Assembly: GCA_963663815.1 (NCBI GenBank)
Contig: OY760734.1
Reading direction: 5' to 3' (one strand)
DNA: 64,000 bases
Source: Vicinamibacterales bacterium
GTDB lineage: Bacteria; Acidobacteriota; Vicinamibacteria; Vicinamibacterales; UBA8438
Both the position numbers and the translations under genes were made by a program. Below the pieces are notes generated by a model, which was given only the letters and a program-made list of their open reading frames with translations, was not told the DNA's origin and did not search any database. Below are positions 37,854 to 46,998 of this stretch, in pieces (position 1 is the first letter of the stretch; each line of letters begins with the position of its first letter).

Positions 37854-38840
37854 CTACTGGCCGTCCTCCCGCAGCGCGTTGAACCGCCGCGCCCGCTCGA
37901 CGGCCGCCTCGTTGCCGATGAGCTCCAGCCGCCGCGCGCCGGCGAGGCCCGCCCCGGCGTCGCCGAGGCTCCCGTCGCGGGCGAGGGCGGCCATGGCGTC
38001 GTCGACGGCACCGAGGGCGATGGCCCCCATCGCGCCGATGAACAGGACGCCGACCCCGTTCTCGCGCGCCGCCTCGACCGACGGGGCCCCGGTCAGGATG
38101 GGGCGCCCCGCCGTCTCGACCGCCCGCCGGCACTGGTCGAGGGGGATGCCGGGGACGAAGATGAGGTCGCCCCCCTCCTGCGCGTAGAGCGCGACCCGCT
38201 CGATCGCCTCGTCAAGGGGGCCGCCGTCGGCCACCACGTCGCTGCGGACGAGCAGCACCGTGTCGGCGTCGCGCTTCGCGTCGACCGCCGCGCGCACCTT
38301 GTCGACCATCGCCTCGCGGCCGATGATCTTGCCTTCATCATAGCCGGCGAGGTGCTTCGCCCCGTACAGGTCCTCGATCATGATGCACGCCGCGCCCGCC
38401 TTCTCCATGCGCTGCACCGTGCGGTAGACGTTGAGGGGGTTGCCGCCGCCGTCGTCCGCGTCGGCGATGATCGGCACGTCGATCGCGTCGGCGGTCCGGT
38501 TGCAGAACTCCACCAGGTCGTCCATGGTGATCACGCCGAAGTCGCCGGTGCCGTACTTGCTCAGGGACAGGGCGCTGCCGCCGGTCATCACGATCTCGAA
38601 GCCGTGCATCTCGGCCAGCCGGGCGGTGGCGACGTCGCCGCAGTTGATGCAGCGGGCCGGGTCGGCGCCCCCGAGGAGGGCGCGGAACCGGGCTCCCGGG
38701 CTCGCGCCGCTCGGTGACTGGGCCGTCGCGCCCGCGAAACCCGCGGGTCCGCCCGCGAGCGCGTGTCCCGCCACCCCGCCGGCGGCGAGCCCGGCGCCCT
38801 GCAGAAACCGCCGGCGAGTCGGTTCGTGGCTGTTGGTCAT
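37854..38840 (-). CDS. Isocitrate lyase/PEP mutase family protein with Tat signal
   Basis: 'TRRRFLQG' Tat motif; 'PIIADADDGGG', 'GAACIMIED', 'R.D', 'Y..EGGD.IF'. Confidence 0.85.
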   Translation of the reverse strand: MTNSHEPTRRRFLQGAGLAAGGVAGHALAGGPAGFAGATAQSPSGASPGARFRALLGGADPARCINCGDVATARLAEMHGFEIVMTGGSALSLSKYGTGDFGVITMDDLVEFCNRTADAIDVPIIADADDGGGNPLNVYRTVQRMEKAGAACIMIEDLYGAKHLAGYDEGKIIGREAMVDKVRAAVDAKRDADTVLLVRSDVVADGGPLDEAIERVALYAQEGGDLIFVPGIPLDQCRRAVETAGRPILTGAPSVEAARENGVGVLFIGAMGAIALGAVDDAMAALARDGSLGDAGAGLAGARRLELIGNEAAVERARRFNALREDGQ

Positions 38841-39161
38841 GTCGTTCTCCTCCTCGGGTGCGCGACGGATTCGCGAGACGGCTGCCCGGGCGCGGTCAGG
38901 TGGCTTCATCGCTGCCGCTCAGCCTCGATGACCGCGAACGGTCTCGGGGCCTGGCCCATCTCACTCTCTTGTCTTGCGCCCTCTCCTCTTCGGCTGCCTT
39001 GACCGCAACGTGTCGGACTAGAATAATAGAAGGTTCAAGCACCGGCGCACGGGTTCGTGGTGCGCCCGGCCGTTCGCGATGGCCGAGGCGCGCACCGGGT
39101 CTTCGCGGCCGGGGCGGCGCTCGACGGGATGGCCGCGAGCAAGCGGCGAGGAGCAGCAGTG

Positions 39162-40502
39162 ATGACAACCACACGCACGATTCGAGGCGCCCTGGTCCTC
39201 GGCGGGCTCGCGCTCGGCGGCCTGACGCTGGTGCCGGGCATGGCCGCCGCGCAGGACGAGGTCACCCCAACCTACACGAAGGACGTGGCCCCGATCTTCC
39301 GGGCCAAGTGCGAGAACTGCCACCGGCCGGGCTACATCGCGCCGATGTCGCTGCAGACCTACGCCGACTCGCGGCCGTGGGCGCGCTCCATCAGCAACCG
39401 GGTCGAGACGCGGCAGATGCCGCCCTGGCACATCGACGAGTCGGTGGGCATTCAGGAGTTCCAGAACGACCGGTCGCTGACGCAGGCCGAGATCGACACC
39501 ATCGTCCGCTGGGTCGACGCCGGCGCGCCGCGGGGCAACCCCGCCGACCTGCCGCCGCCCGCGGTGTTCGCCGACGACGACGTGTGGAACTTCGCCGAGC
39601 TCTTCGGCGGGCCGCCCGATCTCATCCTCCACTCGACGCCGTACACCATGCCCGCCGTCGCGCAGGACGCCTGGTGGAAGCCCGAGGTGCCGACCGGCCT
39701 GACCGAGGACCGGTGGATCCGCGCCATCGAGATCCGGCCGTCGACGGTGGCCGGGCGCCGCATCACTCACCACGCCCTGGCCCGCCTGCAGCAGGAGGAG
39801 GACCCCGAGGACCTCGGCGCCGCCTCTGAAGTCGGCCCCGGCATCCTGATGGAGTGGGCGGTCGGCAAGCAGGGCGAGATCATGCGCGAGGGCAGCGGCA
39901 AGCTGATCAAGGCCGATTCGACCATCGTGTGGGACATCCACTACTCGGCCGTCGGCGAGGAGATCACCGACACCGCCGAGCTGGGCCTGTACCTCTATCC
40001 CGAGGGGCAGGAGCCGAAGCACCGGCAGGTCCTGTCGGCCTGGTCCACCATCGAGGGCGGCAGCGACCACCTCTCGATTCTGCCCAACGCCATCACCACC
40101 ACCGAGAACTTCCACGTGCTGAAGGAGAACGGCCGCATCGAGAACTACCAGCCGCACATGCACCTGCGGGGCAAGGGCATGCAGATGACCGCGATCCTGC
40201 CCGACGGGTCGAAGCAGGTGCTGAGCCGCGTCAGCGACTTCAACTTCAACTGGCACAACAACTACGTCTACGCCGACCACGCGGCGCCGCTGCTGCCGAA
40301 GGGCACCGTCATCGCCCTGAAGTCGTGGTACGACAACACCTCGGCCAACCGCGCCAACCCCGACCCGAACCAGTGGGTCGGCTACGGCGACCGCACCGTC
40401 GACGAGATGGGGCACGCCTGGGTCAACGTCACCTACATGGACGACGAGGACTTCGCGGCGGCCGTGGCCGAGCGCGAGGAGATCCTCGCCGACGACGAGT
40501 AG
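39162..40502 (+). CDS. Cytochrome c fused to a copper type II (PHM/DBH-like) monooxygenase domain
   Basis: Signal peptide; 'CENCH' and 'MPPW'; 'THH', 'IHY', 'PHMHLRG', 'DEM' copper-ligand motifs. Confidence 0.8.
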   Translation: MTTTRTIRGALVLGGLALGGLTLVPGMAAAQDEVTPTYTKDVAPIFRAKCENCHRPGYIAPMSLQTYADSRPWARSISNRVETRQMPPWHIDESVGIQEFQNDRSLTQAEIDTIVRWVDAGAPRGNPADLPPPAVFADDDVWNFAELFGGPPDLILHSTPYTMPAVAQDAWWKPEVPTGLTEDRWIRAIEIRPSTVAGRRITHHALARLQQEEDPEDLGAASEVGPGILMEWAVGKQGEIMREGSGKLIKADSTIVWDIHYSAVGEEITDTAELGLYLYPEGQEPKHRQVLSAWSTIEGGSDHLSILPNAITTTENFHVLKENGRIENYQPHMHLRGKGMQMTAILPDGSKQVLSRVSDFNFNWHNNYVYADHAAPLLPKGTVIALKSWYDNTSANRANPDPNQWVGYGDRTVDEMGHAWVNVTYMDDEDFAAAVAEREEILADDE

Positions 40503-40528
40503 GCGGGCCGGCGACAACGGGAATCGAG

Positions 40529-40560
40529 GGAGCCGCCCCATCACCACCGGGGCGGCTTCC
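40529..40560 (+). terminator. Intergenic hairpin
   Basis: GGAGCCGCCCC...GGGGCGGCTTCC. Confidence 0.4.
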
Positions 40561-40584
40561 GCTACGTACAGAGGAGGTTTCGTC

Positions 40585-41427
40585 ATGCGGACGACTCGTT
40601 CGGTGGGGCTTGCGGCGGCGGCCGCCCTGCTCGGGGTCACCCTCGGGCCGGCGGCGGCGGCCGCGCAGATTCCCACCACGCTCCAGGGCTTCGGCGCGCC
40701 GGTGTACCCCGCGTTCGAAGGCTGGTACGGCAACCCCGACGGCACCGCGACGCTGCTCATCGGCTTCTTCAACTCGAACACCGAGCAGGCCGTGGACCTG
40801 CCCATCGGCGAGCTGAACTACTTCAGCCCGGGCCCGCGGGACCGGGGGCAGCCGACCCACTTCGCCCCGGGCCGGGCGTGGGGCGTCTTCACGATCCAGG
40901 TGCCCGGCGACTTCGAAGGCGAGCTGAGCTGGACTCTCGTCGCCAACGACGAGCCGGTCACGATCCCCTTCCACATCCAGGCGCCGTACTTCGTCGAGCC
41001 GTTCAAGGACGCGTCCAACAACAACGAGCCGCCGACGATCCGCTTCGCCGAGGACGGCCCGCCGCACACCGGCCCGCCCGTCGGCGTCGCCGAGCGCCTC
41101 AGCGGCGCTGCCGGGAGCCCCCTAGAGCTGAGCGTGTGGTTGTCCGACGTCACCCCCGACACCCACGTGCGCGAGAGCCCGTTCCGGCGCAGCCCGCCCA
41201 TGAGCCTGCGCTGGCACAAGCTGCGGGGTCCGGGCGAGGTCGAGTTCGCCGAGGCGACGTTCGAGTACGAGGAGACGACGCCGCAGAACCCGCGCACCAC
41301 CGCGACGTTCGGCGCCCCCGGCGAGTACTGGCTGCGGGCCGAGGCGCTCGACACGACCGGCGTGGGCGGCAGCGGCTTCCAGTGCTGCTGGACCTCGGCC
41401 ATCGTGCAGGTCACCGTCTCCGAATAG
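40585..41427 (+). CDS. Secreted hypothetical protein (Ig/PKD-like C-terminus), probable partner of the monooxygenase
   Basis: Signal peptide, 'VYPAFEGWY.NPDG', 'GQPTHF.PGR', 'RGPG.V.F', 'FQCCWT'; GGAGG RBS. Confidence 0.8.
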   Translation: MRTTRSVGLAAAAALLGVTLGPAAAAAQIPTTLQGFGAPVYPAFEGWYGNPDGTATLLIGFFNSNTEQAVDLPIGELNYFSPGPRDRGQPTHFAPGRAWGVFTIQVPGDFEGELSWTLVANDEPVTIPFHIQAPYFVEPFKDASNNNEPPTIRFAEDGPPHTGPPVGVAERLSGAAGSPLELSVWLSDVTPDTHVRESPFRRSPPMSLRWHKLRGPGEVEFAEATFEYEETTPQNPRTTATFGAPGEYWLRAEALDTTGVGGSGFQCCWTSAIVQVTVSE

Positions 41428-41467
41428 GCCGCCGGTCCCCGCGGCGCCGGTTCGGCGCCGCGGGGAC

Positions 41468-41495
41468 GGAATAAACGCGGGGGGCGGGCGGTCCA
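41468..41495 (+). promoter_or_regulatory. Candidate ECF autoregulatory promoter
   Basis: GGAATAAAC...GGTC immediately upstream of the ECF sigma gene. Confidence 0.4.
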
Positions 41496-41528
41496 CGGTA
41501 CCGGGAGCACCGTTCCGTGAGGTCCGCC

Positions 41529-42269
41529 ATGCACCACGCGTCGAGCGCCGTCCTGCCGCAGCCGATGGGGGTGTTCGCCCCGCCGGCGACCGGCGTCGCT
41601 CGGGAGGTCGCCATGGAGACGGCTGTCGGCGTCGGCGCCGCCGAGGGCGGTGCGGACGTGCCGGCGCGGCCGGCCGCGGTGGCTGGCGAGGCACGGGCCG
41701 TGGACCCGGACCGGGCGTTGGTCGACGACGCTGCCGCCGGCGACCGCCATGCGTTCGGGGCGCTCGTGCGGCGCCACCAGACCCGCATCGTCAACTACGC
41801 GATGGCGATCGTGAGGGACCCCGCCGAGGCGGAGGACGTCGCGCAGGAGACGTTCATCCGCGCCTACCGGTCGCTGGCCCGCTTTCGCGGCGACAGCTCC
41901 TTCAAGACCTGGCTCTACACCATCGCCACCAACGCCGCCCGCACCGGGCTCGAGCGGCGGGGCCGGCGGAGCCGGGTGGAGGACGGGAGCCTGGACGACG
42001 AGGCCGGCCCCCTCTCCGCCGCCGACGTCCCCGCCGGGGATGCCGATGCCGAGACGGCCCTGGTCCAGCGCGAGGCGATCGACCGCGCGCTGGCCGCCCT
42101 GCCGCCGGATCTTCGGGTCGCGGTGGTCCTGCGCGACGTCGAGGGGCTCGACTACAAGGAGATCGCCGCCGCGACGGGGGCGCCTATCGGGACCGTCGAG
42201 TCCCGCATCTTCCGCGCGCGCCGCCGGCTCCGGCCGCTGCTGCAGCCGCTGATGGGGAGATCGTCATGA
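41529..42269 (+). CDS. ECF RNA polymerase sigma-70 factor
   Basis: 'AEDVAQETFIRAY', 'FKTWLYTIATN', 'EGLDYKEIA...IGTVESRIFRAR'; start uncertain. Confidence 0.92.
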   Translation: MHHASSAVLPQPMGVFAPPATGVAREVAMETAVGVGAAEGGADVPARPAAVAGEARAVDPDRALVDDAAAGDRHAFGALVRRHQTRIVNYAMAIVRDPAEAEDVAQETFIRAYRSLARFRGDSSFKTWLYTIATNAARTGLERRGRRSRVEDGSLDDEAGPLSAADVPAGDADAETALVQREAIDRALAALPPDLRVAVVLRDVEGLDYKEIAAATGAPIGTVESRIFRARRRLRPLLQPLMGRSS

Positions 42270-42748
42270 GATGCGACGACGTGGAACGTGCGGTCATCGC
42301 GCGTGCGGCGGAGCGCCTCGATCCTGCCGGCGCCGAGCGCCTGGAGGCGCATCTCGACGGCTGCGCCGCGTGCCGCGAGGCGGCCGGCGGCCAGGACGAC
42401 GTGGCCGCGGTGCTGTCCGCGCGGCCGGATGCGACGCCGCCGCTCGGGTTCGCGACCCGGGTGATGGCGCACCTCGACGGCTCGCCCACCTGGCTCGACG
42501 TCATCGACTGGCGCCGGTGGACGGTGCGGCTCGCGCCGGTGGCGGCGGCCCTGCTGGTGGTCGCGGCGGTGGGGCTCGGTCCGGCCGAGGCGGTCGAGCC
42601 GATCGAGTTCTCGGACCTCGTGACCGACTGGGTCGAGGTCGACGATGCGGTGGGGCCGCCCGCGCTCAGCCTGCTCTGGCAGGACGAGGTGAGCGACGAC
42701 ACCCTGCTGGAGGCGGTGTTGACGTCGGGTCCGGACGGGTCTTTCTGA
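42266..42748 (+). CDS. Zinc-binding (zf-HC2) membrane anti-sigma factor
   Basis: 'HLDGCAAC' (HxxxCxxC) plus one TM helix; ATGA overlap with the sigma gene. Confidence 0.85.
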   Translation: MRCDDVERAVIARAAERLDPAGAERLEAHLDGCAACREAAGGQDDVAAVLSARPDATPPLGFATRVMAHLDGSPTWLDVIDWRRWTVRLAPVAAALLVVAAVGLGPAEAVEPIEFSDLVTDWVEVDDAVGPPALSLLWQDEVSDDTLLEAVLTSGPDGSF

Positions 42749-42895
42749 GGGTTGCGCGGCCGGGGCTGGGGCTGGGGCTAACGACAGTGATCCATACAAG
42801 GTTGCCAAAAGTGCTCGGACGCGCCCCGCATATTCCGGCCTTGCGCGCCTGACGCATGGCAAGGCAATTCTCGTCACCGTCCTAAGGATGAAGCG

Positions 42896-43366
42896 ATGAA
42901 CCGTACCAGCATGCGCCTGTGGGCCGGTCTCTTCGTCCTCGTCGTGTTCAGCGGGGGGCTCGCCGCCGGGTTCACGGTGCGGCCGTGGTTCGACCCCGAG
43001 CCGCCCCGCGGGTTCCGGGGCCGGGGCGGACCGCCGCCGTCCTCGGTGCGGAGGGCCGAGAGGCTGCTCGACCGCCTCGACGCCGACCTCGAGCTGTCCG
43101 ACGATCAGCGCGGGCGGCTCCGAGATGTCTTCGAGACGGGCCGGCTCCGGTTTCGCGAGCTCGACGCCAGCGTCCGCGAGCAGTTCGAGGCCGAGCGGGC
43201 GCAGATGAACGCCGAGATCGCCGCCATCCTGACCGCCGAGCAGATGGAGGTCTTCGAGAGCCGCATCGTCAGGATGCGCCGCGACCGCCGCGACCGCTTC
43301 GGCCCCCGCGGTCCGGACGGCGGTCGCGGGCCGCGAGGCGACCGCCCCGACCGCCCCCCGCGGTGA
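42896..43366 (+). CDS. Spy/CpxP-like periplasmic accessory protein
   Basis: TM segment followed by 'LELSDDQR' and 'ILTAEQ' (LTxxQ-like motifs); third gene of the ECF operon. Confidence 0.7.
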   Translation: MNRTSMRLWAGLFVLVVFSGGLAAGFTVRPWFDPEPPRGFRGRGGPPPSSVRRAERLLDRLDADLELSDDQRGRLRDVFETGRLRFRELDASVREQFEAERAQMNAEIAAILTAEQMEVFESRIVRMRRDRRDRFGPRGPDGGRGPRGDRPDRPPR

Positions 43367-43443
43367 CGTCCCGCTGTTTCTCCGGCAAACCGGCGGGCGG
43401 GTGCCCGGCCCGGCGCCGTCGAGCGGCCTGCACGAATAGACAC

Positions 43444-44520
43444 TCAGGCGGGCGCGTACCACGTGCCCCGTCCGGCGCCGTGCCGCATCAGACGGCCGTC
43501 GCGGGTCAGCGCCTTCAGGTGATCCTTGATCGTGTTGCGGCTCGCGCCCGTGGCCTTCTCCGCCGCCGCGACCGTCACCCGTCCGTGGTCGCGGGCGATG
43601 CCCAGAATCCGCACCGACAGCTCCGGCAGGTCGGCCAGCATCACGCTCTCGCGCTCGATCTTCCGCTCCAGGTGCCGCTTCTGCTGCCGCAGCGCTGTCA
43701 GAAAGTAATGGAACCACGGATTCCAGTCGGGCGCGTCGGTCCCGAGCGTGGCCTGGGTACGTCGCAGGGCCAGATAGTAGGCGTCCCTGCTTCTCTCGAT
43801 GACGCTCTCCAGGGAGCTGTAGGGCACGTAGGCGTAGCCGGCCCGCAGCAGCAGCAGGGTGGTCAGGATGCGCGACAGCCGGCCGTTCCCGTCCTGGAAC
43901 GGATGGATGGCCAGAAAGACCACGACGAAGACGGCGATTACCAGCAGCGGGTGCGCGTCGGCGTCGGCCAGGCGGGTCCGCGTCCACGCCAGCAGGTCGG
44001 CGGTCAGCCGGGGGGTGTCGAAGGGGGCAGCGGTCTCGAAGACGACGCCCAGGCGCTTCCCGTCCGGACCGAACGCCTCGACGTGGTTGGGCAGCGTCTT
44101 GTAGGCGCCGCGGTGGCGCTGGTCCTTCTCCGAGTGCTCGAGCAGATCGCGGTGAAGCTGCCTGACGTGGTTCTCGGTGAGGTCGATGACGTCCCAGGCC
44201 GCGAAGACCGTCTGCATCGCGTCGGCGTAGCCCGCGACCTCCTGCTCGTCGCGCGTGGCGAACGATCCGGTCTCGAGGTTGGAGAGCAGGCGTTCCACTT
44301 CACGGTCGCTGAGCCTCGCCCCCTCGATGCGCGTGGACGAACCGACGCTCTCGATCGTCGCAACGCGGCGCAGGCGGGACAACCGCTCGGGCGCCAGCCG
44401 TCCGACGGCCAGCCAGGCGCCCTTGAACTCGTCGATCTCGCTGACGAGCGTCAGCAGCCCGCCCGTGATCGGCAGCGACGCCGCATCGGGCAGTCCATCT
44501 ATTTTTCCATCCATTTTCAT
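43444..44520 (-). CDS. Fic family protein with C-terminal wHTH
   Basis: 'SVGSSTRIEG', 'IHPFQDGNGRLSR', C-terminal 'G.GRGTWY'. Confidence 0.92.
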   Translation of the reverse strand: MKMDGKIDGLPDAASLPITGGLLTLVSEIDEFKGAWLAVGRLAPERLSRLRRVATIESVGSSTRIEGARLSDREVERLLSNLETGSFATRDEQEVAGYADAMQTVFAAWDVIDLTENHVRQLHRDLLEHSEKDQRHRGAYKTLPNHVEAFGPDGKRLGVVFETAAPFDTPRLTADLLAWTRTRLADADAHPLLVIAVFVVVFLAIHPFQDGNGRLSRILTTLLLLRAGYAYVPYSSLESVIERSRDAYYLALRRTQATLGTDAPDWNPWFHYFLTALRQQKRHLERKIERESVMLADLPELSVRILGIARDHGRVTVAAAEKATGASRNTIKDHLKALTRDGRLMRHGAGRGTWYAPA

Positions 44521-44693
44521 CCGTTTGTGGAACTATTTCACATGGGACACCCGTTTGTCCATCCGTTTACATCCGAATTTCTGATCAGGCCGCTCCCGGC
44601 GGGTCCCTTGCCGGGGAGGTGATCAGGACGACTCGGCCAAGCGGGAGCTGCCAGGCAGCGTTGCCGAACTCCGGGAAGCCGCTACGGGCGGGT

Positions 44694-45002
44694 TCACTTC
44701 CCGAGCATCCTGGACATGTACGAGCGCAGGACCGCGTTCATGCGCGTCTGGTACCGCGGGCCGCCGGCTCGGAACCAATCGAGCACGTCCTGATCGACGC
44801 GGAGCGAGATCGCCCGCTTGGGCGCCGGTGTCACCACGGCGTTGTCCCAGAAGTCCGGCGGCAGGCCCGTCAGCTCGGGGGGGGGGGAAGTAGCGGCGAT
44901 CCGGGCCTCGGACGACGTGCGCAGCAGCTCGATGTCGGCTCGGCCGCGGCTCGGGGGCCGGTGTTCATCCCGTCCCGACTCTCGCGTAGACTTGGCGTTC
45001 AC
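44694..45002 (-). CDS. brnA: BrnA-family antitoxin
   Basis: 'KRAISLRVDQDVLDWFRAGGPRYQTRMNAVLRSYM'. Confidence 0.9.
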   Translation of the reverse strand: MNAKSTRESGRDEHRPPSRGRADIELLRTSSEARIAATSPPPELTGLPPDFWDNAVVTPAPKRAISLRVDQDVLDWFRAGGPRYQTRMNAVLRSYMSRMLGK

Positions 45003-45241
45003 GGCGGTTGCTCCTCCAGGCCGAGATGATGCGCCGCGCGCGGTCGGCGGTCGGTGTAGACGACGGTGAGGTGAATCCCGTCGGCCTGCCCGATTGCGAC
45101 CATGCGCTTCTCTCCGTAGTCGCGCCGACGGTCCTCCACCTCGACCGTGACGCCGTCGAAGATCAAGGATGCGAACGCGAAGTCGAATCCGCGATCACGC
45201 AGATTGTCGTCGCTCTTCCTGGCGTCCCACGTAAAATCCAC
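44965..45241 (-). pseudogene. brnT: BrnT-family toxin with a frameshift near the C-terminus
   Basis: 'FTWD..K...N..DRGFDF', 'DYGE.R', 'VVYTDR'; the conserved 'RRIISAWRSNRRER' lies in another frame after ~45040. Confidence 0.75.
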
Positions 45242-45317
45242 GGCAGAGAGAATACAAACAGTATATACAAGTCATGCCCCGAACGTCTTCCTCCGGCCGG
45301 TGGTGTCCGTCGGCGGT

Positions 45318-46055
45318 TCAGGACGGCTCCGCCAGCCGGGCGGCGAACCGGCGGTGTTCGTCGGACTCGATGCCAGTCTGCAGTTCGCGGAGCGCGCCGG
45401 CGAGGTCGCTGTTCAGCAGCGCGGGCACGGTGAGCCGCAGGCCGGGGAAGAAGCGGCTGCCGACGCCGCCGGCGTCGTCGGCGGGCAGGAGGCGGTAATC
45501 GCCGTCGGCGAGCTCGAACCAGTCGATGCGCTGCTCCTGGGTCCGCCAGACAAGGTACTCCTGCACACCGTTCCGGCGGTAGGCGCGCAGCTTGTCGTGC
45601 AGGTCGATCGATGCGCTGCTGGCGGCGATCTCGACAATCAGCTCCGGCGCGCCCTCGACGTAGTCGTCGTCGCTCAACCGCGACCGGCCGTCGGCTTCCG
45701 GCTCGATGCGCAGCAGCACGTCGGGTTGCGGCTCGTTGTCGAGGTCGAGCCTGACGGTGGCGTTGTCGCCGACGCTCACGCCGGGCGTGAACGCGGTGTA
45801 GTGGAGCAGCACGCCGAGAATCGCCGCATGCGGCTCCCCGTGCGTGGTGAAGCGCACCGGCGACGGCATGTAGACGATCCCCTCGACCAGTTGCGCCTTC
45901 TTCAGTTCCGGCCGCAGGACGTACCGGCGCTCGAACTCGCACCGCGTGAGGCGGTCTCCGTTCTCAAGCGCGGGCGGCGGCGGCGGTACGGGGCCTCGCG
46001 GCGGCGGGTCGGTTCCGGGCTCGCCGGATCGTGACGTCGGGTCGAGTTCAGCCAT
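45318..46055 (-). CDS. Uma2-family (PD-(D/E)XK) endonuclease, copy 1
   Basis: 'LENGDRLTR.EFERRY', 'EPQPDV', 'GAPELIVEIA.SS...DLHDK..Y...GVQEY'. Confidence 0.9.
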   Translation of the reverse strand: MAELDPTSRSGEPGTDPPPRGPVPPPPPALENGDRLTRCEFERRYVLRPELKKAQLVEGIVYMPSPVRFTTHGEPHAAILGVLLHYTAFTPGVSVGDNATVRLDLDNEPQPDVLLRIEPEADGRSRLSDDDYVEGAPELIVEIAASSASIDLHDKLRAYRRNGVQEYLVWRTQEQRIDWFELADGDYRLLPADDAGGVGSRFFPGLRLTVPALLNSDLAGALRELQTGIESDEHRRFAARLAEPS

Positions 46056-46521
46056 GTCGGGTGGTGTTCCAAGTGCGCACCCCCACGTGCATCATGCCAC
46101 AGCCGTCGTCATGATAGGAACGCAAATGCGCGGATGCGCTGGATCTTGACGATCCGCGTGGACCCGATCGCGGCGGGCTTGTTCCTGCGTCCCAAGCACC
46201 GACGGGGCCTTCGCCGCTGGATGGGACCGGAATCTGGAGGAACGAGTGTGTCAGGTGATTGACGCCGCATGTTAAGCGATCTAGGCCGCTCAGCAGGCAG
46301 GAAAAGATGAATGCCGTCGACCCGGAGACCGGGACGCAGGGGTGGCCTTCGAACGAGACAAGCTCAATTGTGGCAATGGTTTGCTGCGACAACAGACCTC
46401 GGATGATCAAGCCTGAGACCCCGACAGAAGCCGGTGACGAGGGGAGCCAGAAAGTGTATGCGGTGGAGACATATTGACACTATGGGCGGTTCCGTGCGAG
46501 GCTTTCGCGGGAGGCAGCCCC

Positions 46522-46998
46522 ATGCCACGAAGCGACCCCGGGAAGCGTCGGGCACTCGTGCAGGCACGGACGCTTCATCCGGCGTCGGAGCGAGTTCGCG
46601 CCGCCGTGTTCTTGAAGCACCCGGACTTCTTCGACGCCAGCGACGAACTTCAGGTCAAGTACGAGATGCTGCGCGCCCACTTCCTCGACGGCCAGCCGGT
46701 GACGACCGTCTCCGCAGCGTTCGGCTACAGTCGTCAGACCTTCTACCTGCTGCGCGATCGGTTGGCGCACCGCGGGCTCGCCGGCCTACGCGATGCACGC
46801 CCCGGACCGGTCGGTCCGCGCACCTGCACGCCGACGGTGGTCGCCTTTCTTCGTGCCCAGCGCGCGGAGGACCCGACGTTGTCGATCATGGCGTTGCTGG
46901 ACCGCCTCCAGCACACGCACGGGGTTCGTCTGCATCGGCGGACGGTGGAGCGGATCGTGGGCGGTGGCCCACGAAAAAAAAACGCTGCGGAACGGTGA
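46522..46998 (+). CDS. HTH DNA-binding protein associated with the LSR ('FFD..D.LQVKYEMLR' type)
   Basis: 'VSAAFGYSRQTFY', 'GLAGL....PGP', second HTH 'GVRLHRRTVER'; GGAGG RBS. Confidence 0.8.
   Translation: MPRSDPGKRRALVQARTLHPASERVRAAVFLKHPDFFDASDELQVKYEMLRAHFLDGQPVTTVSAAFGYSRQTFYLLRDRLAHRGLAGLRDARPGPVGPRTCTPTVVAFLRAQRAEDPTLSIMALLDRLQHTHGVRLHRRTVERIVGGGPRKKNAAER

Noticed and set aside
46259-46477. 72-aa ORF inside the LSR element leader
   Set aside because: TTG start, no motif, atypical sequence; not supportable as a gene
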